A stretch of DNA of 64,000 nt, taken from the NCBI GenBank assembly GCA_020696385.1, contig JAEHCQ010000006.1, positions 96,001 to 160,000 of the forward strand, given 5' to 3'. The position numbers and the translations under genes were made by a program. Below are positions 1 to 9,148 of the stretch, piece by piece. A model generated the notes under the pieces. That model saw only the letters and a list, made by a program, of their open reading frames with translations. It did no database searches and was not told the origin of the DNA. How positions within the stretch are numbered: the first letter of the stretch is position 1; every line of letters starts with the position of its first letter. This stretch comes from Methanobacteriota archaeon (GTDB lineage Archaea; Thermoplasmatota; Thermoplasmata; SG8-5; JAGLSY01).

Positions 1-419
1 TGGAGCGAAATTATGCGGATCGTGTGATGCTGGTTGGTGATGCTGCTTGCCAGGTGAAGCCTCTGACAGGTGGTGGGCTTGTCTTTGGCCTCATGTGTGC
101 GAAACACTGTGCGGATACAGCGATCGCATCACTGGAAAGCGATCGTTTGGACGAATCTTCCCTGAAGACCTATGGTGGATCGTGTATGGAATCCATTGGG
201 AAGGAGATCAAACAGGCACTATTACTTCGCAAAATATTCATTGGATTAAATGATAATGAACTAGATGAGATAATTCATATCCTTGGTGATGAGGATCTTT
301 CAAGATTCCTTGTCTCCAGGGGGGATATGGACTTTCCCTCTATCGCGTCTAAAGCGGTGTTTCGCAAGTTTCCTAAACTGATAAAATTTGCCCCACATCT
401 TCTGAAGGCCTTTCTTTAA
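1..419 (+). CDS. Geranylgeranyl reductase-family FAD oxidoreductase, C-terminal part (5'-truncated by the window)
   Basis: Frame is open from position 3 (ERNYADRVML). VGDAACQVKPLTGGG matches the GDAAxxxxPxxGxG motif of the GGR family. Confidence 0.85.
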   Translation, partial: ERNYADRVMLVGDAACQVKPLTGGGLVFGLMCAKHCADTAIASLESDRLDESSLKTYGGSCMESIGKEIKQALLLRKIFIGLNDNELDEIIHILGDEDLSRFLVSRGDMDFPSIASKAVFRKFPKLIKFAPHLLKAFL

Positions 420-1157
420 TTTTACATGTTTAGTATCAGATTCCACGATATATAATGATAAAGCCGCAGCACCAATGAATGTGGTGATGCCAATAAGAAG
501 GTAATAAGGCCACTGTGGTATGTATTTCATCACAGTGAATGACGTATCCGGGATGATGCCATCATAACCCAATGAATTCAGGTATGAGATGTTCACTCCA
601 TTATCATCTGGCTCATTATTGATAAGTGTGTACCATTCTTCATCCGAAAAATAGCCCCTTGATGCCATGGCATAGGAATCATTACCCACTTCGAACTCCA
701 GAAGAAAGCTCACAAAATAAGAGCTCTGGGAGAAGTAGGCGCCATGTGGGGTATCGTCTACTGTGATTATGCTCATATTGATAGTCTCGGATGTATTTGC
801 CTCTAATATGTCCAATTTGATCTCGGAAATAGTAGTTCCCGTATCTGAGAATTCTGGCGCATTCTGAATTTCAGTTGTTGCCATGGCCAATTCTGCTGTT
901 TTGTAAAGATAGATGGACAATGTGAGGGTTATATTGCTCATGGTGGAGTTATCCATGATCGGATTGAATAGTTGGAATTCCAATACTCCATTTTCACCAG
1001 GTGTGATTATTGGTGTTCTGATGTCCTTGATCATCTTATTGACATTGCCTGCGTCTGTAACGGCTATTTGTCCTGTGTCTGTGACCTGGGCTTGGCATGC
1101 GCTGAGATTTATTGCAATAATAAGAATAAAGATCAATCCAGCCTTTGCAACCTTCAT
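300..1157 (-). CDS. Secreted/membrane-anchored hypothetical protein
   Basis: N-terminal hydrophobic signal (AGLIFILIIAINLSA), acidic ectodomain with N-x-S/T sequons, C-terminal TM (WPYYLLIGITTFIGAAALSLYIV) and basic tail. Confidence 0.8.
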   Translation of the reverse strand: MKVAKAGLIFILIIAINLSACQAQVTDTGQIAVTDAGNVNKMIKDIRTPIITPGENGVLEFQLFNPIMDNSTMSNITLTLSIYLYKTAELAMATTEIQNAPEFSDTGTTISEIKLDILEANTSETINMSIITVDDTPHGAYFSQSSYFVSFLLEFEVGNDSYAMASRGYFSDEEWYTLINNEPDDNGVNISYLNSLGYDGIIPDTSFTVMKYIPQWPYYLLIGITTFIGAAALSLYIVESDTKHVKLKKGLQKMWGKFYQFRKLAKHRFRRDRGKVHIPPGDKES

Positions 1158-1373
1158 TGAGGGGCCAATAGGTGTCTATTATGAAATAACTTTTGTTCGT
1201 GATTTCTTCATATTCATCGTGCATTTTTGCTTATATATCCCCATAATAGTATCCAATATGCATATTTATACAAATAGATACCTTATTATGCATGTTCTCC
1301 TTACCGAGTCGAGTTCAAGGGTGTTGGTTATGGATATTTCATTATTATTTTGTTATTTGAGAGGTGTTGATTT

Positions 1374-2411
1374 ATGATACGATACGGCCCTTCAGGCATA
1401 CCTCTGTCATGCAAAGGCAGGACATTGAGAGACGGTATTGAGGATGTTCATATACTGGGACTTACCGCGATGGAGGTCCAGGTATTGCGTACGAATGTGT
1501 ATGAAAGGACCGCCACGGAAGAAGAGGAGAGCATAACTCCCCTTGAATTCCATAATGAAATAATGGTCGAGGTTTTCCGTGGAAGCGGCAAGAAACGAGA
1601 GCCAATTGCCCTGAATGAGGAGATCAAAAAGGGCGATACTATATATTCCATGTCAAACCCGATCGCTCGCGATTACACACACTTGTCCGAGCTTTCAGAG
1701 ATTGCCAGGAACCTCGATGTCGAGTTATCCATACACACTCCTTATTACATGGATCTGGTCGCAGACAATGATCTTCTTTACAAAAGCATTGATAGTATAA
1801 GATGGGCTGGACTGCTTGCAAAACAACTTGGTGCCAGTATGATAGTCACCCACCTTGGAATGTATGGGAATCATTCCAAGACTCAGGCTGCCAAAAATAT
1901 AAAAAATAATCTAATGATGATATCTGATTGGCTTCTGGAAAATGACATTCATGTTCCGATCGGTGTTGAAACAAGTGGAAGACAGGAGATATTCGGAACC
2001 TTCCCTGAGATCATCAAGCTATGCAAGGATGTACCTGGCCTTGTTCCAATTATAAACTTCTCACATATACACGCCAGAGGTAATGGCGCACTGAAGAAGA
2101 AGGAAGATTTCCAGGAATTGTTCGACAAGGCAGATAAGTATTCTGATGGCTTTTTCCATACGCATTTCTCAGGTGTTGAGCATGAAGGTGGAAATGAGAT
2201 AAGATATACTCCTATCAAGAAGGGCGATCTCAAATTCGAACCACTGGCTGAATGTGTCCTTGACAATGATATCGATCTCACTTTGATATGTGGATCTCCA
2301 TTATTGGAACATGATGCGATGTACATGAAGGTCATACTTGAGCGTGTTCTGGCCAAAAGAGAGGCCAAGGCTGAGAGACTGAAAATAAAAGAAAGCACTA
2401 AGAAGAAATAA
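1374..2411 (+). CDS. Endonuclease IV / AP-endonuclease-2-like TIM-barrel protein, divergent
   Basis: MIRYGPSGIP start, LSIHTPYY, VTHLG, GVETSGR, HIHAR and HFSG motifs of archaeal EndoIV-like proteins. SD GAGGTG upstream. Confidence 0.8.
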   Translation: MIRYGPSGIPLSCKGRTLRDGIEDVHILGLTAMEVQVLRTNVYERTATEEEESITPLEFHNEIMVEVFRGSGKKREPIALNEEIKKGDTIYSMSNPIARDYTHLSELSEIARNLDVELSIHTPYYMDLVADNDLLYKSIDSIRWAGLLAKQLGASMIVTHLGMYGNHSKTQAAKNIKNNLMMISDWLLENDIHVPIGVETSGRQEIFGTFPEIIKLCKDVPGLVPIINFSHIHARGNGALKKKEDFQELFDKADKYSDGFFHTHFSGVEHEGGNEIRYTPIKKGDLKFEPLAECVLDNDIDLTLICGSPLLEHDAMYMKVILERVLAKREAKAERLKIKESTKKK

Positions 2412-2421
2412 TGGTGATCTC

Positions 2422-2961
2422 TTGGAAGAGTCTGAAGAATATATCATTAATAAGATCAAGGAAACTCTAGAATCATCCAATCTTGAGAACCGAAGTGAGT
2501 TCATTGATTATATACTGAATTCCAAGAAGGTCTTCATTTATGGTGTTGGGCGATCTGGACTTGTCGCCAAGGCCTTTGCGATACGTCTTGTTCAATTGGG
2601 ACTTAAAGTATTCTTCATAGGTGAGACCATCACACCCATCGTGGAACCCAATGATTTTGTTATCGTGATATCCAAGACTGGCGAGACCATGTCAGCCATA
2701 CAGACTGCCAATATCGTAGGGCGGGTTGGTGCCACGGTCGCGGTCATAACTGCCAAAGGAAGCTCCAAGCTCGCACATGCCTCCAATCTCCTGATCACTT
2801 TGAAAACAGATAGTAATAATACAATATCTGAATTGGCTCCTCTTGGAACTCTATTCGAGGATACCGCACTTATATTTTTAGATGGGATGATATCTGATAT
2901 CATGAAAAGAATGGGCGAGACCGAGAAGAACATGAGAACTCGTCATGCCATATGGGTGTGA
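2422..2961 (+). CDS. hxlB: 6-phospho-3-hexuloisomerase (SIS domain)
   Basis: GVGRSGLVAKAFAIRL, GETITP, ISKTGET, APLGTLFE and the C-terminal RH motif. TTG start after GGTGA. Confidence 0.9.
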   Translation: MEESEEYIINKIKETLESSNLENRSEFIDYILNSKKVFIYGVGRSGLVAKAFAIRLVQLGLKVFFIGETITPIVEPNDFVIVISKTGETMSAIQTANIVGRVGATVAVITAKGSSKLAHASNLLITLKTDSNNTISELAPLGTLFEDTALIFLDGMISDIMKRMGETEKNMRTRHAIWV

Positions 2962-3043
2962 ATTATAAGAACAGGAAGCCTGAATTACTCTACCCAGTAA
3001 ATCAGCATAAATATTAAAACCCTGAAACCTATGTAATCATGCC

Positions 3044-3466
3044 ATGAAGTTCGTAAGGATCTCACAAATGGAATTCGAAAAGATCAGAGGACTCTATGAG
3101 AGTGTGATGTCTCATGCTTGCTACGGACTTTTTTTCAGGGAGGGCTTTGCATTTGGTGAGATTATTGCAAAGATCGCCAAGGCAGACGGCAGTGATTATT
3201 ACACCACTGCCGGTCGTTTGATCAAAGGGCGTGGTTGGATAGACAGTATCGAATTCGATGGCTACAATGTGACAACAACAGGTTCAATTGAAGCCTCCTC
3301 TGACGTGGGTGATGTAACATGCCACAGGGTGCGGGGGATGCTCAAGGCTATTTATGAAGAAGAAACAGGCAAGAAGCTGGCCTGTTTCGAGGATGAATGT
3401 GTGAGTATGGGTGCAGAAGCCTGTAAGTTCAGACTGGTGGAATTGCAATCAAAAGAAAGATCATAG
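3044..3466 (+). CDS. V4R (4-vinyl reductase) domain protein
   Basis: GW...TCHRVRGML...EDECVSMGAEACKF matches the V4R C/E/C/C pattern. Confidence 0.8.
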   Translation: MKFVRISQMEFEKIRGLYESVMSHACYGLFFREGFAFGEIIAKIAKADGSDYYTTAGRLIKGRGWIDSIEFDGYNVTTTGSIEASSDVGDVTCHRVRGMLKAIYEEETGKKLACFEDECVSMGAEACKFRLVELQSKERS

Positions 3467-3517
3467 TGTTATGAATTTGCATAATATGATGATATGAAGT
3501 ATTACCTTATTATTTTA

Positions 3518-3901
3518 TTAAACATCACTTTCTGTTTCAGATGACCTATCCCACATATCATCATCACCCTCATTATATATGTCATATTTGCCCTTTTTTT
3601 CCTCTATTTCTATGCCCCGTGAAAGTTTTATGATATAATCTCTGTTGAGAACCCAGTAATGGATCCTCCATCTTTTGCCTTTTTTGAGGGTAGCTTCTTC
3701 ATTATCTGTCTTGAGCAATTTGACATTTTCCATTTTATAAAATAGATCTCTATCTTTGGAGGTAAGCTTATTGTCAATTATAACCTCTCTGAATCCGAAG
3801 AAGCTCATTATATGCTCTGCCATAGCGCATACTTCTTCGCCATCCATTTCAAATGTTTTTGAAATCGCAATTTTCATGTCTTCCAAAGTTACAATTGCCA
3901 A
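3518..3901 (-). CDS. Conserved archaeal hypothetical protein (DUF6015-like, probable winged helix)
   Basis: FFGF..IIDN.L...DRD.FY..E...L...G..WRIHYW pattern recalled from a Thermoplasmata family. Family name unverified. Confidence 0.65.
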   Translation of the reverse strand: MAIVTLEDMKIAISKTFEMDGEEVCAMAEHIMSFFGFREVIIDNKLTSKDRDLFYKMENVKLLKTDNEEATLKKGKRWRIHYWVLNRDYIIKLSRGIEIEEKKGKYDIYNEGDDDMWDRSSETESDV

Positions 3902-3985
3902 GCTGCCCCTCGACTCCTATAAACACCTATGTAAATAAAATGGTATCTATTGATAATACCATTATTGGCAGTATGGTAGGATGGA

Positions 3986-4009
3986 TTGCCAGGTATTGAG
4001 ACCTGGCAA
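3986..4009 (-). terminator. Hairpin downstream of purC
   Basis: TTGCCAGGT-ATTGAG-ACCTGGCAA, a perfect 9-bp inverted repeat about 20 nt past the purC stop. Confidence 0.5.
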
Positions 4010-4028
4010 CTATAATAGATCCTCGAAC

Positions 4029-4922
4029 TCAGAACTTCTCACCAGTTAGGCGTTCGTGCAATTCTGCATACAATAAGCTGGTATCTTTGATCATTTCCTC
4101 GGTCAATGCAGGTATTGCTGGCTCTTCTTTTCCAGCATCCCTGGCATCCATAAGTTCCTCGTAGTAGCCTGTGTTCGTGTAGTACTTGCGAACGAATTCC
4201 TTGCTTCGATCAACAAGTTCACCTTTTTTGTACTCGTCCATCTCCCAGAACCTGTCCTCATCCGCTGTGCCAAAGGTATCAATGAGCATTATCTTACCAT
4301 CATGGTCCAGTGCGAATTCCTTCTTTCCATCGACATGGATAAGTCCTCTTTTTTCGACCTCTTCCTCTATCTTTTCATCGATGCGGAGAATGATATCATA
4401 GATCTCATCCAATTCCTCTTTTCTTATTCCGAATTCATTCATGGCCTCTTCAATTGTGATAGGGCGATCATATTCCTCGAACTTGGTTGTGATCTCTATG
4501 AATGGAACTGGGATCTTCTGACCATACTTTGGCTCGCCTTCAATGCCAAGGACACTCTTGTCCACCTTGCCTTTTTCCAATCGTCTCCACATTGAGCCAG
4601 CCAGATAGTGTCTGCATATGAATTCCAGAGGTATGATACATCCCTTTCTATCCTCGAGATCCTTCAATGTCAATACCTTCCGAACGCCTTTTACAAGCAT
4701 CTCATTGGGTGAAAGGCTCTTGATGAAGTGGCTGTTGATGTTCATATCCTTCATTAGATTGAACCAGTGCTCAGTCGTTCTGCAAAGACTTTCCCCTTTT
4801 CTTGGTATCATTGAGGGGATGACCTTGTCAAATACAGATATCTGGTCAGTGAACTTGAACATAAGCACACCTGGTTCATAATCATAGACTTCCTTTACTT
4901 TTCCTCTTGCTATCAATTTCAT
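4029..4922 (-). CDS. purC: SAICAR synthetase
   Basis: RGKVKEVY, FTDQISVFD, KGESL, LEFICRHYLAGS, VDGKKEF, DTFGTADEDRFW, SKEFVR. Start placed at ATG 4922. Confidence 0.95.
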   Translation of the reverse strand: MKLIARGKVKEVYDYEPGVLMFKFTDQISVFDKVIPSMIPRKGESLCRTTEHWFNLMKDMNINSHFIKSLSPNEMLVKGVRKVLTLKDLEDRKGCIIPLEFICRHYLAGSMWRRLEKGKVDKSVLGIEGEPKYGQKIPVPFIEITTKFEEYDRPITIEEAMNEFGIRKEELDEIYDIILRIDEKIEEEVEKRGLIHVDGKKEFALDHDGKIMLIDTFGTADEDRFWEMDEYKKGELVDRSKEFVRKYYTNTGYYEELMDARDAGKEEPAIPALTEEMIKDTSLLYAELHERLTGEKF

Positions 4923-5057
4923 GTGGATCACGACAGCTGTATCCTACAACTATATCATAATCTTTTTGTTGAAAACAATTGAGCCCTAAAGAATTCAATT
5001 GTTAAGTATTCGACAATTTTAAGAAGCAATTCGGTTTAGGGTTTGACATAACGGTAG

Positions 5058-6335
5058 GTGAATGAATTGACAGATTATACAACATTATTCTCAAAGAGAG
5101 CGCAGGGAATGAAAGCATCTGAGATAAGGGAATTACTCAAGGTGACCCAGAATAAGGAAATTATTTCCTTCGCTGGTGGATTGCCAAGCCCAAAGGCCTT
5201 CCCGATCGAGGATATTAAAAACATATGCAATAAGGTATTGACTGAGAATGGAGAGACAGCTCTCCAGTATTGTGCCACAGAGGGTGTCACCAAGCTGAGG
5301 GAAGCAATTGCCCAACGCATGAATAGCAAGGGCATGGATGTCACATACAAGAACATCCTCGTGACCACTGGCTCACAACAAGGCCTTGATCTTATTGGCA
5401 AAACCTTTTTGAACACTGGTGATACAGTTATTGTCGGTGCTCCAACATATCTTGGTGGGACCAATGCTTTCAATTCATACAGGGCCAAGATGGAGGGCAT
5501 CAAGCTGGATGATGATGGTATGAACCCAGATCTTCTGGCAGATAAATTGAGAAGCCTCAACCTGCATGGAAGTAATCCAAAATTACTCTACATAATTCCC
5601 AGTTTCCAGAATCCTTCTGGAGTGACATTACCAGAGAACAGAAGGAAGAAGATACTGGACATCGCTCATGAGTACGATGTTCTTATTATTGAGGATAATC
5701 CATATTCCGAGTTGAGGTATGATGGAACTCCTCTCAATACGATATATTCAATCGATAAAGAGAATCGAACTGTCTATCTGGGAACCTTCTCCAAGGTTCT
5801 CTCACCCGGGCTCAGGATCGCCTGGACTGTGGCACCACAGGAGCTCATGAATAAATTGATCATAACCAAACAGGCTTCAGATCTCTGTTCCAATACTTTT
5901 GGTCAGTATATGGCATATGAGTATCTCGCTCAGGGATTGATAGACCCTCATATCGAGACTATAAAAACAATATACCGGGAAAAGAGAGATACCATGCTGG
6001 CCTCGCTGAAGAAGCATTTCCCGAAGGGCACAACATGGACAAAGCCTGAAGGAGGTATGTTCATCTGGGCCACTCTTCCAGAATATATCGATACAAGCTT
6101 GATGATCGAGAAGGCCATTGAGAACAAGGTGGCCTATGTCGCGGGTGCGGCATTCCATGCAGACAGGAGTGGAAAGAACTGCATGAGATTGAATTACACC
6201 TATGCAACCCTGGATCAGATAGACATTGGCATAAAGAAACTGGCTGCCACTATAAAAAGTGAGATCAAGGCACATGAGAAGAAACCCGAGAGTCAGTACA
6301 AGCCAGATGAGAATGGTCTGATAACTGGTGTATGA
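5058..6335 (+). CDS. PLP-dependent class I/II aminotransferase (LysN/aromatic-amino-acid type)
   Basis: ISFAGGLP, TTGSQQGLDL, FQNPSG, IIEDNPY, GTFSKVLSPGLRI (PLP Lys), PEGGMF, RLNY. Confidence 0.92.
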   Translation: MNELTDYTTLFSKRAQGMKASEIRELLKVTQNKEIISFAGGLPSPKAFPIEDIKNICNKVLTENGETALQYCATEGVTKLREAIAQRMNSKGMDVTYKNILVTTGSQQGLDLIGKTFLNTGDTVIVGAPTYLGGTNAFNSYRAKMEGIKLDDDGMNPDLLADKLRSLNLHGSNPKLLYIIPSFQNPSGVTLPENRRKKILDIAHEYDVLIIEDNPYSELRYDGTPLNTIYSIDKENRTVYLGTFSKVLSPGLRIAWTVAPQELMNKLIITKQASDLCSNTFGQYMAYEYLAQGLIDPHIETIKTIYREKRDTMLASLKKHFPKGTTWTKPEGGMFIWATLPEYIDTSLMIEKAIENKVAYVAGAAFHADRSGKNCMRLNYTYATLDQIDIGIKKLAATIKSEIKAHEKKPESQYKPDENGLITGV

Positions 6336-6337
6336 TA

Positions 6338-6703
6338 TTACTGAGACACCAGTTCAGTATCTGATAATGTGGCCGTGTCTATATCGGCCACATTTTCCTC
6401 TATATGATCCTCTTCAAAAATGTAGCTATTAATCCTAATGATGTTTTCATCAACCATTGCTTCATCTTCAATGCTGACAGGAGTTTGCTCATTGACTTGC
6501 TCAGGCTCTGTTGCCAGTATCTTCCACAGCAATATCAATGATATCATTATCAGGATCAGTGATGTTGCTCCAGATACAAGTACCAGCTCTGTTGGCCCAT
6601 ACCGTGATATTATCAGAGCTGAGATAAAAGATATGAACCCCAGGCTCAGTGATAATAACAATGCTATCTGGCCTGTTCTGGATGAGCTGCCTGTGTCTGC
6701 CAC
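6338..6703 (-). CDS. Small membrane protein (2 TM plus acidic tail)
   Basis: Two hydrophobic segments, GTG start after AGGT, 11 nt downstream of the RAD55-type gene. Confidence 0.65.
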   Translation of the reverse strand: MADTGSSSRTGQIALLLSLSLGFISFISALIISRYGPTELVLVSGATSLILIMISLILLWKILATEPEQVNEQTPVSIEDEAMVDENIIRINSYIFEEDHIEENVADIDTATLSDTELVSQ

Positions 6704-6714
6704 GCAATACCTAC

Positions 6715-7416
6715 CTATTCGCTGATAACCCTGGTTGCCTGGAATCTACCCTGGTGATACATCAATGTGTAATAGTCGGTATTATGGGCTGTAGCTCTCA
6801 TCTTTACACATCTTATGCGCCTCTGGATGTTCACATCACCCACTCTTTCCATTTTCAGGTGGATGATACCATCTGCCAGGAAATCCTCGCCGTATTGTGC
6901 ATAATCCAGGTTTGTGGCACTCATCTCGCCCAATATAAGGGTTGTGACCTTTAGATCCCTCAGCCATTCGAAGAAATGGAATAGTTCCTGGCGTGGATTC
7001 TTGAACTCGGCCAGCATGGAAAGGACAGGCATGGAATCTATGACCAGTATCTCATAATCAAGGCTTTCTTTCAGGTTCATGGCATATGTCTTGAATATTT
7101 GCATCCAGGATTGCGGACCTAGTTTGTCAAGGTTCTTTCTTATGAGAGCAAGATCGACTATCGTGACCAACTGGTCGACCTTGTCGTGGTCGAAGCCCAT
7201 TCCTTTCATGTGTATTGCCAGATTGTCCCTGCTCTGTTCCAGGGTGATATATACGCCTTTCTTTCCCTCAACCAGAGCCTGATTGTAAAGGAGCGAGAAC
7301 GCAATGGAACTCTTGTAAGCCCCTGGCTCTCCTGCAATAAGTACGCAGTGTCCTTCTGGGATGCCCTCGCTTATTCTATCATCAAATCCCTGTATGAAAG
7401 TCTTGATCCTTTTCAT
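6715..7416 (-). CDS. Single-domain KaiC/RAD55-family RecA-fold ATPase
   Basis: Walker A GEPGAYKS, YITLEQ, Walker B LVIDS, FLADGIIHL and KMRATAH. Start placed at MKRIKT. Confidence 0.9.
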   Translation of the reverse strand: MKRIKTFIQGFDDRISEGIPEGHCVLIAGEPGAYKSSIAFSLLYNQALVEGKKGVYITLEQSRDNLAIHMKGMGFDHDKVDQLVTIVDLALIRKNLDKLGPQSWMQIFKTYAMNLKESLDYEILVIDSMPVLSMLAEFKNPRQELFHFFEWLRDLKVTTLILGEMSATNLDYAQYGEDFLADGIIHLKMERVGDVNIQRRIRCVKMRATAHNTDYYTLMYHQGRFQATRVISE

Positions 7417-7525
7417 ATTAACCAGGTATGATATACGTTTCATATACGATATAGTTTTCTAATATCCAATCAAAAGGGATGCTTGAGCTAAAGAAATGAT
7501 GTATTAAGATGATCTGGCCAGACAC

Positions 7526-8284
7526 TTATATTTTGAATCGATCTCTGATTATGTCCAGAATTTCTTTTTCTCTATCTGTGGGATCATTTCCCACCACCTT
7601 GGTAATGTCCGTGAAGACCTCTGCAAGCTCCACGCGCCCGTATTTCATATTATTGATAATTTCATCCTCCATCTTGTCATGCTCTTCATCAGAAACACTT
7701 AGATGTTCTTTCAGAGCTCCAATAAGATGTTTTTCAGAGGGTGTAAGCACTCCATTGCGCCAGGCTGTATTAAGTGCCTGGCGATAGATGTCTGTTTTCT
7801 GGGTTCTGGCATCTAGCTCCCTTCTTTTCCTCTCCTCTATGGTTTCCAGAGTTTCTTTTACCAGGTAATTCTCTGCCTTCATGGCCTCGCTGACAATATC
7901 TGATAATGTGAGGTGAACGGAGGTGGCTCCATCTATCTCTGAAAAAAGCATATCAACGATCTCGTCGCCTATCTGCATCTTGATCTTCTTCTTGCCAACA
8001 TGATCTCTAACATCCTTGGCCTTTCTGCGCCCATCCCATGACAGATAATAACATTTCATCCTCTGCTTTGCGCCAACTACATGGCATCTGGTCTCGGAGA
8101 TCATTCCATCATCCATCAGTTTTTTGAGGTATCTGGATATGTGTTTTCTCTGGACATCGACATTCTGTGATATACCTTTCTGGGTAAGGTCCGTGGTGGT
8201 CTCGTAGATGTCCTCCAGGGATTCGAAGTCGGATAGATAAAGAATGATACGCTCCTCGGTAGGTATGGATATCAAAGCAGTCAT
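7526..8284 (-). CDS. Winged-helix protein with C-terminal TerB-like helical repeats
   Basis: LTQKGISQNVDVQRKHISRYLKKL...YYLSWDG (MarR-like wHTH). AWRNGVLTPSEKHLIGALKEHLSVSDEEH resembles TerB-like repeats. Confidence 0.7.
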   Translation of the reverse strand: MTALISIPTEERIILYLSDFESLEDIYETTTDLTQKGISQNVDVQRKHISRYLKKLMDDGMISETRCHVVGAKQRMKCYYLSWDGRRKAKDVRDHVGKKKIKMQIGDEIVDMLFSEIDGATSVHLTLSDIVSEAMKAENYLVKETLETIEERKRRELDARTQKTDIYRQALNTAWRNGVLTPSEKHLIGALKEHLSVSDEEHDKMEDEIINNMKYGRVELAEVFTDITKVVGNDPTDREKEILDIIRDRFKI

Positions 8285-8429
8285 TGAGCCTGGATTGAAT
8301 TAATGATATATATTATTGATTGAAGGTGCAATGAGACTCCCAAGTATAAACAGAGGTCGGTTTGTGATGATCTCTTTCTTTATCAGAAATCATGCAAAGA
8401 TTTTATTTCCTATACAACTATCCAGTATC

Positions 8430-9095
8430 ATGAAGGTAGCCGCACTCTTCTCTGGAGGAAAGGATTCCGTATATGCGATCTACATTGCCCAGCAATGGGG
8501 TTGGGATGTAACTGATCTAATATCTATAATTCCAGAAGAAGGAGAATCCTACATGTTCCATATCCCCAATATCGGGCTCACGGACAAATTGGCGGAATGT
8601 CTCGACATTCCACTTTCCAAGGCATCCACAAAGGGAGAGGAGGAAAAGGAGCTGGATGATCTAAAACAGCTCCTTTCTACCATGGACATCGATGCCCTCA
8701 TAACTGGGGCCATCGCTTCAGACTATCAAACCAGCCGTATAAATCGAATTTGTTATGATCTTGGAATTAAGGTATTCAGCCCCTTGTGGCGATGTGATCA
8801 GCAGATGCTGGTGGAGGATATGATCTCTGCTGGATTCGAGATAATAATTGCCGGGGTGTATGCTGACGGTCTTGGCGAGGACTGGTTGGGTCGGAAATTA
8901 GATGCTGCGGCATTGTCCGAATTAAAGACCATATCTGCCAAGAACAGGATAAATGTGGCTGGCGAAGGTGGGGAGTTCGAGTCACTTGTACTGAATGGGC
9001 CAAATTTCAATAAAACAATGAAGATCATAGGATCCCAAACTGTATGGGAAGGACAGTCTGGTTATTATAGGGTGGATAGAGCAGAGGTAATCTAG
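8430..9095 (+). CDS. dph6: Diphthine--ammonia ligase (PP-loop ATPase)
   Basis: LFSGGKDS, SYMFH, GAIASDYQ, PLW and GEGGEFES. Start placed at ATG 8430. Confidence 0.92.
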   Translation: MKVAALFSGGKDSVYAIYIAQQWGWDVTDLISIIPEEGESYMFHIPNIGLTDKLAECLDIPLSKASTKGEEEKELDDLKQLLSTMDIDALITGAIASDYQTSRINRICYDLGIKVFSPLWRCDQQMLVEDMISAGFEIIIAGVYADGLGEDWLGRKLDAAALSELKTISAKNRINVAGEGGEFESLVLNGPNFNKTMKIIGSQTVWEGQSGYYRVDRAEVI

Positions 9096-9148
9096 TAGAT
9101 GTGCACCTGACCGCAACCATTATTATATGTAATATAATGCACCACCTC

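Noticed and set aside
913-1377. 154-aa plus-strand ORF
   Set aside because: Overlaps a better-supported minus-strand gene and the AT-rich divergent promoter region.
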